Source: Hormiphora californensis | Taxonomy: Eukaryota; Animalia; Ctenophora | Direction: 5' to 3' | DNA: 64,000 nt | Assembly: GCA_020137815.1 (NCBI GenBank) | Contig: CM035353.1 | Location: 6,138,001 to 6,202,000, forward strand | Shown: piece after piece, positions 22,841 to 34,300 of the stretch | Layout of the letters: every line of letters begins with the position of its first letter | Numbering within the stretch: position 1 is the stretch's first letter | Position numbers and translations under genes: made by a program | Notes under the pieces: generated by a model | Database searches by the model: none | What the model was told of the DNA's origin: nothing | Seen by the model: the letters and a program-made list of their open reading frames with translations, nothing else

Positions 22841-25800
22841 TCAATTGTATTACTTACCGCAGTTTGTCTCGTCAGTTCTATCCCTACTATAGGGCCCTAA
22901 GGCGCGTTGGGGGTTTTCCGGTGAATGTTTACTATCGTAACCTTCATTGGAACTCTCTTTGCAATTTAGAATTGTATTTTTTTTCGTTGATAATTTTAAC
23001 AATCATTTCCAAGGGAGGGGTTTCTTCTTTTGAATCTATGGGCGGCTCCTGTGAAAAAATATCGATCCTGCTGCTTCACTTGGTACAAGAATACAGTCCA
23101 ACAGTAAGTCCTCATGGGTCTTCAAGTCAAACGCGATACAATTGGCCTCTTGACATGCGGACGAGTGTCACCAACCACTACTCTTGCCCTGAATTGGCAT
23201 TAAGCATTATTTTGCTGTTAACTTATTCAACATACAGCTGTGTGGCGGCGCCATAGCCCAATTTGACAGTGTGCTCAGATAGGGTCGGCGGCGCCAGACA
23301 GATAATTGAGGTAATTTCATCTATTATTAAGTTTCTATCTGCAAATTTCCGCAGTAAACAGACACAGATCCCAGAGTTTAAATTATTGGATTGAAGCGAA
23401 ACCTGTTTGGCGCCTCCAGACAGAGTGAAGCTGACCTGAAGTGGCAATAACCAGATTGTATTTTCCATTGGGGTTGATGATATATCGGCAATGGCTGCCA
23501 ACTGATATTCATTATTGGATGTTACCATAACCGCCTCATTGTTCTTGTCCTGATCTTGGGTCAGTCAAATCATCTTCCTAGCTACTATTGCTTGTATCAC
23601 CGTACGTGGGGTTTCTTTTGGTCTAACAGCAACGAAATGTTCAGGTAGAACAGCAGAGATGTTGTCGATAGGGGTTGTTGAGTTACGGAGCATGAAACAT
23701 CTGGCATTTGGGTTGTCGATGAGCTCCCCGTTATTCGTTCTAGAACTAGTGTCTCTGCAATCTGGGGGGAGATAGGGTGGGTGAGTTATGTTGTATTAGG
23801 GGTGGTGGTTGGGGGAGATTGATTAGATGTTATACGCTTAGTCGTTTGTTACTGCATCTCGGATTTTTGTTCACTTACCAGCGTGTGTTCCCTGGTTGTT
23901 AGAAAGGAATGTAGAGTGTGGAATATCACTGTGTCATTGCCGTTTGCTTCATTCTCGTGCTTTTCCGCAAGCTTGGTAGGGGTTCGTGGGGGGCGTGCTG
24001 GGAGGGGATCGATTGTGTTAGTTGGTTGTCAGTTTAATTGTCTGTAGGTGCCATTAGTTATAAGTTAGGTAGAGAAAGTTGGCTTGCTTTCTATCATCGT
24101 GTAAAGATTGTCGACAGTTTCTTTGTTTCGGCAAAACACGGCAATTCTTGAATTAGTATCGCAATGTTGCAATAGCGTCAGCATTATATCTTTCTTACTG
24201 ATACCCCTGTCAATGTTGACATATTTTGCCTTCTCCTGGGACGATAGGCTTTTGAAATGGGTTCTGACGTTAATCTCATCAGGTTCTGAGATGTATGTTT
24301 CAATACACTTTTTCATTAAACAGCAACGGCCTTTCCTACTTGATCCATTTGAGTTTTGTGAGTTGTTTAGGGTGATGTTTGAGGTCTTCCAAGCCACGAA
24401 AGAACCTACACAATGAATGTCCGGGTCGTACTCGAAATACGAATCCCCCGTCGTAACGCAAACAGACATTATTTCGAACTTGTCCCAACCGTCTCCAAGC
24501 TGTTTTCCGTGGCATGTTGTATGTTTCTCTTCGGAAGGTAGCCGTTTACCGATGAGTAGTGTTTCTCCACTTGGCGACAGTAGGCGGTACGTCTCGTTCG
24601 CCCTGAAAATATTGTTCGATTGTTTGATATCACGATATGGGGGGGGGGGGGGTGTGCCACGTGACATGTGACATGCATATTTTTTTCATGCACATGTCAC
24701 AAAATGTCACAATTGTGTACATTGGGTGGAAATTTTGACGGTCAATTGACCACCGGTTGTAAAATGATATGACATCTGATCCATCCACCGTGTATCAACC
24801 ACCGCCCTACAACCCTTCCTTTTCACCACCACCAAGTTATAAAGATTGTATGTGATCAATTGTATTACTTACCGCAGTTTGTCTCGTCAGTTCTATCCCT
24901 ACTATAGGGCCCTAAGGCACGTTGGGGGGGGGGGGGGGGGTTTCCGGTGAATGTTTACTAGATCGTAACCGTCATTGTAACTCTCTTTGCAATTTAGAAT
25001 TGTATTTTTTTGTTGATAATTTTAACATTCATTTCCCAGGGAGGGGTTTCTTCTTTTGAATCTATGGGCGGCTCCTGTGAAAAAATATCGATCCTGCTGC
25101 TTCACTTGGTACAAGAATACAGTCCAACAGTAAGTCCTCATGGGTCTTCAAGTCAAACGCGATACAATTGGCCTCTTGACATGCGGACGAGTGTCACCAA
25201 CCACTACTCTTGCCCTGAATTGGCATTAAGCATTATTTTGCTGTTAACTTATTCAACATACAGCTGTGTGGCGGCGCCATAGCCCAATTTGACAGTGTGC
25301 TCAGATAGGGTCGGCGGCGCCAGACAGATAATTGAGGTAATTTCATCTATTATTAAGTTTCTATCTGCAAATTTCCGCAGTAAACAGACACAGATCCCAG
25401 AGTTTAAATTATTGGATTGAAGCGAAACCTGTTTGGCGCCTCCAGACAGAGTGAAGCTGACCTGAAGTGGCAATAACCAGATTGTATTTTCCATTGGGGT
25501 TGATGATATATCGGCAATGGCTGCCAACTGATATTCATTATTGGATGTTACCATAACCGCCTCATTGTTCTTGTCCTGATCTTGGGTCAGTCAAATCATC
25601 TTCCTAGCTACTATTGCTTGTATCACCGTACGTGGGGTTTCTTTTGGTCTAACAGCAACGAAATGTTCAGGTAGAACAGCAGAGATGTTGTCGATAGGGG
25701 TTGTTGAGTTACGGAGCATGAAACATCTGGCATTTGGGTTGTCGATGAGCTCCCCGTTCATTCGTTCTAGAACTAGTGTCTCTGCAATCTGGGGGGAGAT

Positions 25801-26248
25801 AGGGTGGGTGAGTTATGTTGTATTAGGGGTGGTGGTTGGGGGAGATTGATTAGATGTTATACGCTTAGTCGTTTGTTACTGCATCTCGGATTTTTGTTCA
25901 CTTACCAGCGTGTGTTCCCTGGTTGTTAGAAAGGAATGTAGAGTGTGGAATATCACTGTGTCATTGCCGTTTGCTTCATTCTCGTGCTTTTCCGCAAGCT
26001 TGGTAGGGGTTCGTGGGGGGCGTGCTGGGAGGGGATCGATTGTGTTAGTTGGTTGTCAGTTTAATTGTCTGTAGGTGCCATTAGTTATAAGTTAGGTAGA
26101 GAAAGTTGGCTTGCTTTCTATCATCGTGTAAAGATTGTCGACAGTTTCTTTGTTTCGGCAAAACACGGCAATTCTTGAATTAGTATCGCAATGTTGCAAT
26201 AGCGTCAGCATTATATCTTTCTTACTGATACCCCTGTCAATGTTGACA
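22751..26248. repeat. Near-identical tandem segmental duplication (~22751-24221 vs ~24766-26248)
   Basis: Identical ORFs 23223-23528 and 25249-25554 (offset 2026); copy 2 starts with the last ~90 nt of the PY-motif CDS. Confidence 0.9.
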
Positions 26249-27680
26249 TGGTTTTCTCAGTACCGTACGTTTTCTGGTGTGGGCAATGGCTTCATCATCA
26301 CAATGGGTCTTGATCATGCTCCTCCTGTTCCTTTTCTCCAAGCCTCTTGCAAGATCTGCTGCATCTAACAATATTATATTTATGAAACAACCCAATATAT
26401 TACTAATTTTGTTGAATGGGATATTTTTATAATAATAAATTAACCTTTCCTCTCGATGATATACTAGCTCCACTCACATCTTCGTATGTAAAATAACTAT
26501 ATAATGACGGTGATTAAAAATAGTTCAGACGGACCTTTAGCAGACGGACGTTTTCCTAATTAGGTACATGTACTGTTGTTATTTATAATAGTTGACGCAT
26601 TTCTTCTCCGAAGTCTTTGCAGGGTCCAACTGTTAATACAAACGTTAGTCACGGCTGCATGTCTACAATTCCCGCCAAAACTTAGATCTCGCTTCCTGAT
26701 CTCCTGTTATCAATGGACACAAATTCCTGGCAGCGAATTTAGCATCCTTATTACACGTTTTCTCGGGAACCTTAAGAGTTACTTCGGATCAAGTCCTCCA
26801 CTTTTTTTTGGATGAATTTGTTTTGACCGAGGAACCCAGACTTGCCTTCTGTACACCAAACACGTGTTGTTAGTGTTGTCTCCATCTTGTAGTCGCCTCC
26901 CAAATTCGCAAGTGTTCCTGTTTTCTTTGTCGAATACCAATTGTGAACATACCAAGTTCCAATGCAGTGACCCTGCGCTCCTACACATCCCGCCAAACTT
27001 CTGACTGCCAACTGATATTGATAGAGTTATCGGATGTTAGCATATAACCGCCTCATTGTTCTTGTCCTGAAAAGAATATAACATATATTAATGGCATATA
27101 TTATTTGAAAATAGAAATCATCAGAGCGAACGATAGACCGGATTAGAAGAGAGAATTATAATTAATCTTCTACCAAACCCACCTCGCTTTCTATCATCGT
27201 GTAAAGATTGTCGACAGTTTCTTTGTTTTGGCAAATCACGGCAATTCTTGAATTAGTATTGCAATGTTGCAACAGCGGCAGCATATCTTTCTTACTGATA
27301 CCCCTGTCAATGTTGACATGGTTTTCTCAGTACCGTACGGTTTCTGGTGTGGGCAATAGCATCATCAGTATCACAATGGGTCTTGATCATGCTCCTCCTG
27401 TTCCTTTTCTCCAAGCCTCTTGCAAGATCTGCTCCATCTAACAATATTATATTTATGAAACAACCCAATATATTACTAATTTTGTTGAACTAGCAGAAGG
27501 TACATACCTAGTTCAAATCTGTTAACTAACCTTCTGGTCCGCCCAGCAAAGTAGTCAACAGCTGTTTTCTGCAATCCTTGAAATTGGACCGGTACTTCTT
27601 TGCCTCATCTGAAGTGTTCTTTTGAAGTACCGACGTGAAAAGCATTACAGTCCCATATTTCCCAGCTCGTCCAACTCTTC
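24065..27680 (-). pseudogene. Scattered SF2/RecQ-like helicase exon fragments, probably from a helicase-encoding DNA transposon
   Basis: IAVFCRNKETVDNLY (motif IV; copies at ~24140, 26165, 27235), RVTALELG (motif V-like, ~26960), GRVGRAGKYGTVMLF...CRKQLL (motif VI plus RecQ Zn-region-like, 27680-27530). Confidence 0.6.
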
Positions 27681-28211
27681 CTGAGAAAAAGTAAACTACA
27701 CTTTGATAGAGTTAAGTGGTGTTCTCAGTACTGTACGGTTTCTGGTGTGGGCAATGGCTTCATCATCACAATGGGTCTTGACCATGCTTTTCTCCAAGCC
27801 TCTTGCAAGATCTGCTGCATCTAACAATGTTATATTTATGAAACGACCCAATCTTGTTGAATGGGATATTGTTATAATAATAAATTACGTCACGACTTCG
27901 TCACGACCTTATGATGTTGTTGAACTCTTTGATACAGTCTTGGGAGCCTTGATCAAGGCTTTTTCTCAGCAAGTCAATCTCAATTTCTGACCCCTTCCAG
28001 AGACGGTGGTTCTGTCCACCCTGGGTCGAAGGTTCTGTCCACTTATTGACACCAGAGTTAAGTGGTGTTCTCAGTACCGTACGGTTTCTTTTCTCCAAGC
28101 CTCTTAGCTCCATCTAACAATATTATATTTGTGAAACAACCCAATATGTTACCAATTTTTTGGAATGGAAAAATACAATCATAATAAATTACGCTTTACT
28201 GCATACATTTT

Positions 28212-28469
28212 CTAGGGTATCGTCTCTACCGCCCCAGGTTCCCTTGATCGCAGACATGGTCGGCGGTCGCAGACTTGATCCTTCTGCTTCTTCAATATTT
28301 TCTCCAACTCTCGGTGCACCTCCTTGGTCACGCTAAACTTCTTCTCAAACTCTTCTATCTGTTCGTCCCGCAGCTTTTTCCCTTCCTCCATCTCCTTGTC
28401 GTATCTCTCTCTGATCTTCTTGACCGTGCGCTCGTACTCTCTTTCGATATCTGCCACGCTCTTCATCTT
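28212..28469 (-). CDS. Small intronless charged coiled-coil ORF of unknown function
   Basis: MKSVADIEREYERTVKKIRERYDKEMEEGKKLRDEQIEEFEKKF...; TATA-like TATATAG ~110 nt upstream; AATAAA not evident. Confidence 0.4.
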   Translation of the reverse strand, partial: KMKSVADIEREYERTVKKIRERYDKEMEEGKKLRDEQIEEFEKKFSVTKEVHRELEKILKKQKDQVCDRRPCLRSREPGAVETIP

Positions 28470-29261
28470 GATCAGGGGGTTCTTGTTCACTGCAGACGGC
28501 TGCTGGACGTTACAGTACACTGTACTACCACTTGTGCAGGTACTACAATGTCTCGGGACCCGCGAGGGAGGGAGTTATGTACTATATAGAGCCTGAGAGC
28601 CCTCTGTGCCGTTGATGTCCAGCGGACAGTATTCATCTGAATCAACTTTCTATATGCGAGCGCTGGATCGAGGTTCCCTGAAAGGATCAAGGATGCAACA
28701 GTTCATTAAATCAATTGGTTTGGAGTGTTGGAGGTGTTGTTTGCATGCTAGTGTTTTTGTTAGTGCTTCTGTAAAAAGTGATCGGGATTTCCTAACAGTG
28801 CCAGAAATACTAATACTAAGTATGTAGCTCATAACAATAAATTACCTTCCATTACTGTTATTGCGGATTGCCATCCCGTTCAACGTTCTCGCATCTTTCG
28901 AAATCTCATTCTCCTCGATGCCCTCCAGGTCAATATCACGTAGTCTCTGCACTGCAGGTACTAAAATGTCTTTTTGAAATCCAGGTTCATCAATATACCT
29001 CATTCTCTTCTTCATCTCCTTCGTGGTATCCCGTGCCTGGGTCCAAATCCAGTGTACTGTCCTAGTCATTATCAATAATTATTGATGAGTTCCCCTTACG
29101 TTAATCGTTTGGCGGTCGCCATCATCGAAATTCACTAGCCCTATTTCTCCATTTTCCTAATCTTCCGAGTCTGAACTGGAAAATTTTTGTACAATCCGAT
29201 AGTAAATAGGCCCCTGAACCGCAAAAAAAGTCCCAAGCCCAAATGTTGGTTGGGGGAAGTA

Positions 29262-29745
29262 CCCTTAATTGGCGCTAATTGATTCCAGTGTATTTGTGGT
29301 CACCAATTAAACCGTAAATCGCCTTATTAGGAAAGGAGTAGAGGAAAAAAGGAGGCTCAAAATCGGACTAATTACCAGTTTTTGCTCATTTTGAACACCT
29401 TTGAAGACAAATAACAGCCAAACGGTTGGAGATAGAGCTTACAAGTCCGACCATAACCCCCCATAACCTGGTCATTGCCTACAAAATGGCACCAATGAAA
29501 AGTCTCTAAACCATTCCCAAGTGGCTATAGCCATATTCAACCAAAAACGGCTATGTGCAGATCTTATTATCCAATTAACGAGATGAGATAGGGACTTAAT
29601 TCCATCATCTACACAGTACACCCACTAATTCGAGGACGCTGAACATTTTAGTGCCCTCCTTTTTTCCTCTACTCCTATCCTAAGGCAATTTACGGTTTAA
29701 TTGATGACCACAAATACACTGAAATCAATTAGGACCAATTAAGGG
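29262..29745. mobile_element. 484-bp MITE with ~100-bp imperfect TIRs, TA TSD
   Basis: CCCTTAATTGG...GTGTATTTGTGGTCA..AATTAAACCGTAAAT vs its reverse complement ending CCAATTAAGGG. Confidence 0.85.
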
Positions 29746-31397
29746 TAGTGGGTACTTGGATGGGAATATATTGGAGCTATCCAATGTCACATCTTCTTCT
29801 TCTTGTCACTAATTGTTGCTGAGAAGTACAGAATTCGATAGGCTGGGGCTCGGTAAGTAGTACTTACTAAGTACATTCTAAAACCAAGAAGGTGTATCAT
29901 AGTATAACAAGTGGCAGGGGGAATGAGGTGGAGGTGGTCTACAGAAACAGGTGGCAGGGTATGTCAAGTGGGGGGAGCTGCCAGTGGTTTTCATGTCCTC
30001 ATCCAACACAACCAATGGAATCTCTTGTGCATGGCGGTGTTATATTATTATTTTATTATGTTCAATCTAACAGTGACACTTCTGGAACCAGAAGAAAATT
30101 CTGTTAGGATTATCGCAGAGATTTTTGCTTGCAGAGCTCTATTATTGCAGCTCTTGCACCCGCAGAAGCTTCCGCATTCCGGCTTGATTGTTGGGTTTTC
30201 ATATTGTTGTATCCATAGCTCAGCTCCATTTTCCCGTTTCTTTAAAATATTATTGGATAGTGATCCGTTTTCTAGTTACATATATGAGAGGCCGTGGAAA
30301 TTGCGACACCGTTCAATCTTCACTTGTTATTGTGTCTCCTTTGTCCATGCACTCCAGTTCTTCTATTTCAATCCACTGGATGGTCTGGTACGTTCATTTT
30401 TCGGTGTCTTGGTGCAAGCCAAGACCGTCGGGGTGACCCGGGATCCCCAAATACCGGATGACAAGGCACACAACACATGTGCTTATAAAGCATCCTCTCC
30501 CTTCGTAAGGTCATTACAGTGATAACATTTGTCCGTCGATAATCCCTTTACTTTTTATAAAATTTTCTTGGCTCCAATAGACAGAGCAGGGGGATTGTGT
30601 TTCCAATGATTACCGACACCACATCTCTGTCTGTGAATGCAGGTTTCTGCACGGTCGGACTATAGCCAGCTGGATATTGTCCATAACAAAAAGTAACTGG
30701 TTCCTGGTTTCCTCCACCCGGCCAATGAGCGCTGTGTTGTCCTGCCATGCTGCCGAGTATCTCTTGAGCATGGAATGAGCGCTGTTTCTGGTTTCACGTG
30801 AAATTACGATACACGCTCTTTGATAATGGACAATGGCGTGGTTCATACGGAGTGGCCTCCGAATCTTGGGCTACTAGGTGGTTCTGAGATGAGTGCAATT
30901 TTTAGTTGGGTCTATCTCTTATCGTACTTCCGTTGCCCGTTGTATTGTTCATACTATTATTTTCTATTTCATAAAAAAACCGGGGGGCGGGGGGCGGTGC
31001 AACAGCACAAGTTGCCCGTTGCCGGTGCCTCCATCAGCAAAATGAAGATGAAACACAAGAAATTCACCAGGAGGATGAATATTGAAACATCCCTTGGTGT
31101 AGTGAGATGAAGAAATTACTCCGGGAAACGGCACTAATTATATTATGATTTAATTATTCCATTTGGTTATCTAAAATTTATATAATAAATTGAGACATAT
31201 CAACATTTTGAGCTTAGTGTCCTCTACTCGACTACTCCCCCCCCCCCACTATTATACCCCCTTTCCTTCTTATCCTTACTTCCTAACCCACCCTCTGCCA
31301 AGTGCCAGACTAACTCTTCTTCCCCTTTAAAATATAGCCGCTATGAAATTCTGAATTGTCACCGGAGAGGAGCACTGGTACTGTGACTTATATCGAG

Positions 31398-34300
31398 ATG
31401 GGCAGTATGTCAATGTGAGTCATATAACCAGAATTGAACCAAGGAAAATCCCCCTCCCCCATTATTTTGGATGTTCAGTTTGCTAATACAGTCGGACCCC
31501 GATTTAACGGCCCCCGATTTAGCGGCACCCCGATTTAACGGCAGGATAAATTTCCCCCAAAAAATTTTTGAAATTTTTTTAAAATTTAAAAAAAAATTTT
31601 CAAAGGTATATCAACCATGTCCGAATCGTGTTTCGAATCAGTGCATCTTATCGCATGTCCTGTCGCTAATTAGACGGTTCGAAACGAACAGATATGTGAT
31701 CCACATGAATTTTAACCCATCGAATTTTAACTGGCCCCATGGGGATCACGTATCGGTTCGTTTCGAACCGTCTAATTAGCGACAGGACGTGCGATAAGAT
31801 GCACTGATTCGAAACACAATTCAGACGTGGTTGATTACCTTTGAAAAATTTTCATAACTTTTTTTTGCAAAATTTTACAGAATGATTGTCAATGCTTTGA
31901 TCGGTGCTCCCCATGAATTTTTAGAGAAAAAGATATTTTGAAATTCGAATTCTTCCTCACCCCGCTTAAAGTGCCCCCGATTCGACATGGTATCACGTAT
32001 CGGTTCGTTTCCCACTAAATCGGGGGCCCCTAAATCGGGGTCCGACTGTATTTTTATAAATTTTTTTGAATTCTTTTCTTTTTCTAACCAGAAATGATCA
32101 TGTAATCAATACATGGACATTGCATTTAACACTTAGGTGTTTTAGTATAGCATTTTGAACAAAAATAGGGTTTTATGGGCCAAATATGCTCTACCCCGAT
32201 TTAACGGACACCCCGATTTAACGGACAAAACCCTTTCCCCCGAGGGTGCCGTTAAATCGGGGTCCGACTGTATCAGCTAACTCCCGAACTCCCTCTATCT
32301 CTCCAGGCAGTTGATGGTGCGGCGTTTCTGCAGTACCCCTGTGTGTGGTGGCACACTACGATCACTCTCTATCCGACCAACATTGTACCCTTGTACCGTT
32401 AAACGTGACCCGACATTGGTTGGATCAGTATGTTACAAATCTACTTCACCATCACCTGTTAAACCAACAACATCCTATCTACCTGCATTCTCTTTAGGTA
32501 CCCGGCTCTATCTCCAATTATTATCTTAGACACTATAGGGTACTATCCGCTAGTACTTTGTAACCCCCCTCCCTATAGGTCTAAGTGGATTGATACCATT
32601 CTACGCCCCGCCCCTGTACATGGTGTACAACAACTATACATACTGTTTGGATGGGGAGGCGATGCACCTTGCCTACGCGGCAACAATCCTCTCATTTATA
32701 GGTAATACCGGGTCATGGAGTTCGAGTTATAATAATAATTGTAAAAGTTAGAGTGCTGAGTGGACAGTGAAATCCTCAACATCTTAGATTTTAAGTTCTC
32801 CCGCCTCCCCATACTCTTAGTACTGTCTTCTCTCTACCATTTTCCCGGGTGAATTATTCTTGTTACCCTCCGTTTAAACTATTGAACCATGTAAACACTC
32901 TTCTCATTCCAGGTAGCCCCTGGTTACCCACTCTCTAACTCTAGCTCCTATCAGGTGGGGTGAGATGGGGTCTAACTCTAGCCCCTGGTTACCCACCTCT
33001 CTAACTCTAGCCCCTGGCTACCCTCCCCCTCTAACTCTAGCCCCTATCAGGTGGGGTGAGATGGGGTCTAACTCTAGCCCCTGGTTACCCACCCTCTAAC
33101 TCTAGCTCCTATCAGGTGGTGTGAGATGGGGTCTAACTCTAGCTCCTGGTTACCCACCCTCTAACTCTAGCCCCTATCAGGTGGGGTGAGATGGGGTCTA
33201 ACTCTAGCCCCTGGTTACCCCCTCTAACTCTAGCCCCTATCAGGTGGGGTGAGATGGGGTCTAACTCTAGCCCCTGGTTACCCACCCTCTAACTCTAGCT
33301 CCTATCAGGTGGGGTGAGATGGGGTCTAACTCTAGCCCCTGGTTACCCACCCTCTAACTCTAGCTCCTATTAGGTGGGGTGAGATGGGGTCTAACTCTAG
33401 CTCCTGGTTACCCACCTCTCTAACTCTAGCTCCTATCAGGTGGGGTGAGATGGGGTCTAACTCTAGCCCCTGGTTACCCCCCCTCTAACTCTAGCTCCTA
33501 TCAGGTGGGGTGAGATGGGGTCTAACTCTAGCCCCTGGTTACCCACCCTCTAACTCTAGCTCCTATCAGGTGGGGTGAGATGGGGTCTAACTTTAGCCCC
33601 TATCAGGTGGTGTGAGATGGGGTCTAACTCTAGCCCCTGGTTACCCACCCTCTAACTCTAGCTCCTATCAGGTGGGGTGAGATGGGGTCTAACTCTAGCC
33701 CCTGGTTACCCCCCTCTCTAACTCTAGCTCCTATCAGGTGGGGTGAGATGGGGTCTAACTCTAGCCCCTGGTCACCCCCCTCTCTAACTCTAGCTCCTAT
33801 CAGGTGGGGTGAGATGGGGTCTAACTCTAGCCCCTGGTTACCCACCCTCTAACTCTAGCCCCTGGTTACCCCCCCCCCCCCCCTCTAACTCTAGCTCCTA
33901 TCAGGTGGGGTGAGATGGGGTCTAACTCTAGCCCCTGGTTACCCCCCCCTCTAACTCTAGCTCCTATCAGGTGGGGTGAGATGGGGTCTAACTCTAGCCC
34001 CTGGTTACCCCCCCTCTAACTCTAGCTCCTATCAGGTGGGGTGAGATGGGGTCTTACTCTAGCCCCTGGTCACCCCCCCCTCTAACTCTAGCTCCTATCA
34101 GGTGGGGTGAGATGGGGTCTAACTCTAGCCCCTGGTTACCCACCCTCTAACTCTAGCCCCTGGTTACCCCCCCCCCTCTAACTCTAGCTCCTATCAGGTG
34201 GGGTGAGATGGGGTCTAACTCTAGCCCCTGGTTACCCACCCTCTAACTCTAGCCCCTGGTTACCCCCCCCCCCCTCTAACTCTAGCTCCTATCAGGTGGG

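Noticed and set aside
26772-27011. HUH/Rep-like viral ORF (GHCIGTWYVH)
   Set aside because: Better explained as an alternative frame of the helicase motif V exon; no Rep motif III or SF3 helicase seen.
29911-30522. 203-aa plus-strand ORF
   Set aside because: No recognisable domain; the Cys-rich signals lie on the opposite strand in broken frames.
33630-33845. Repetitive ORFs in the 65-bp array (also 37626-37814, 38161-38430)
   Set aside because: Translations of the minisatellite; only the last unit belongs to the TMEM69 exon.
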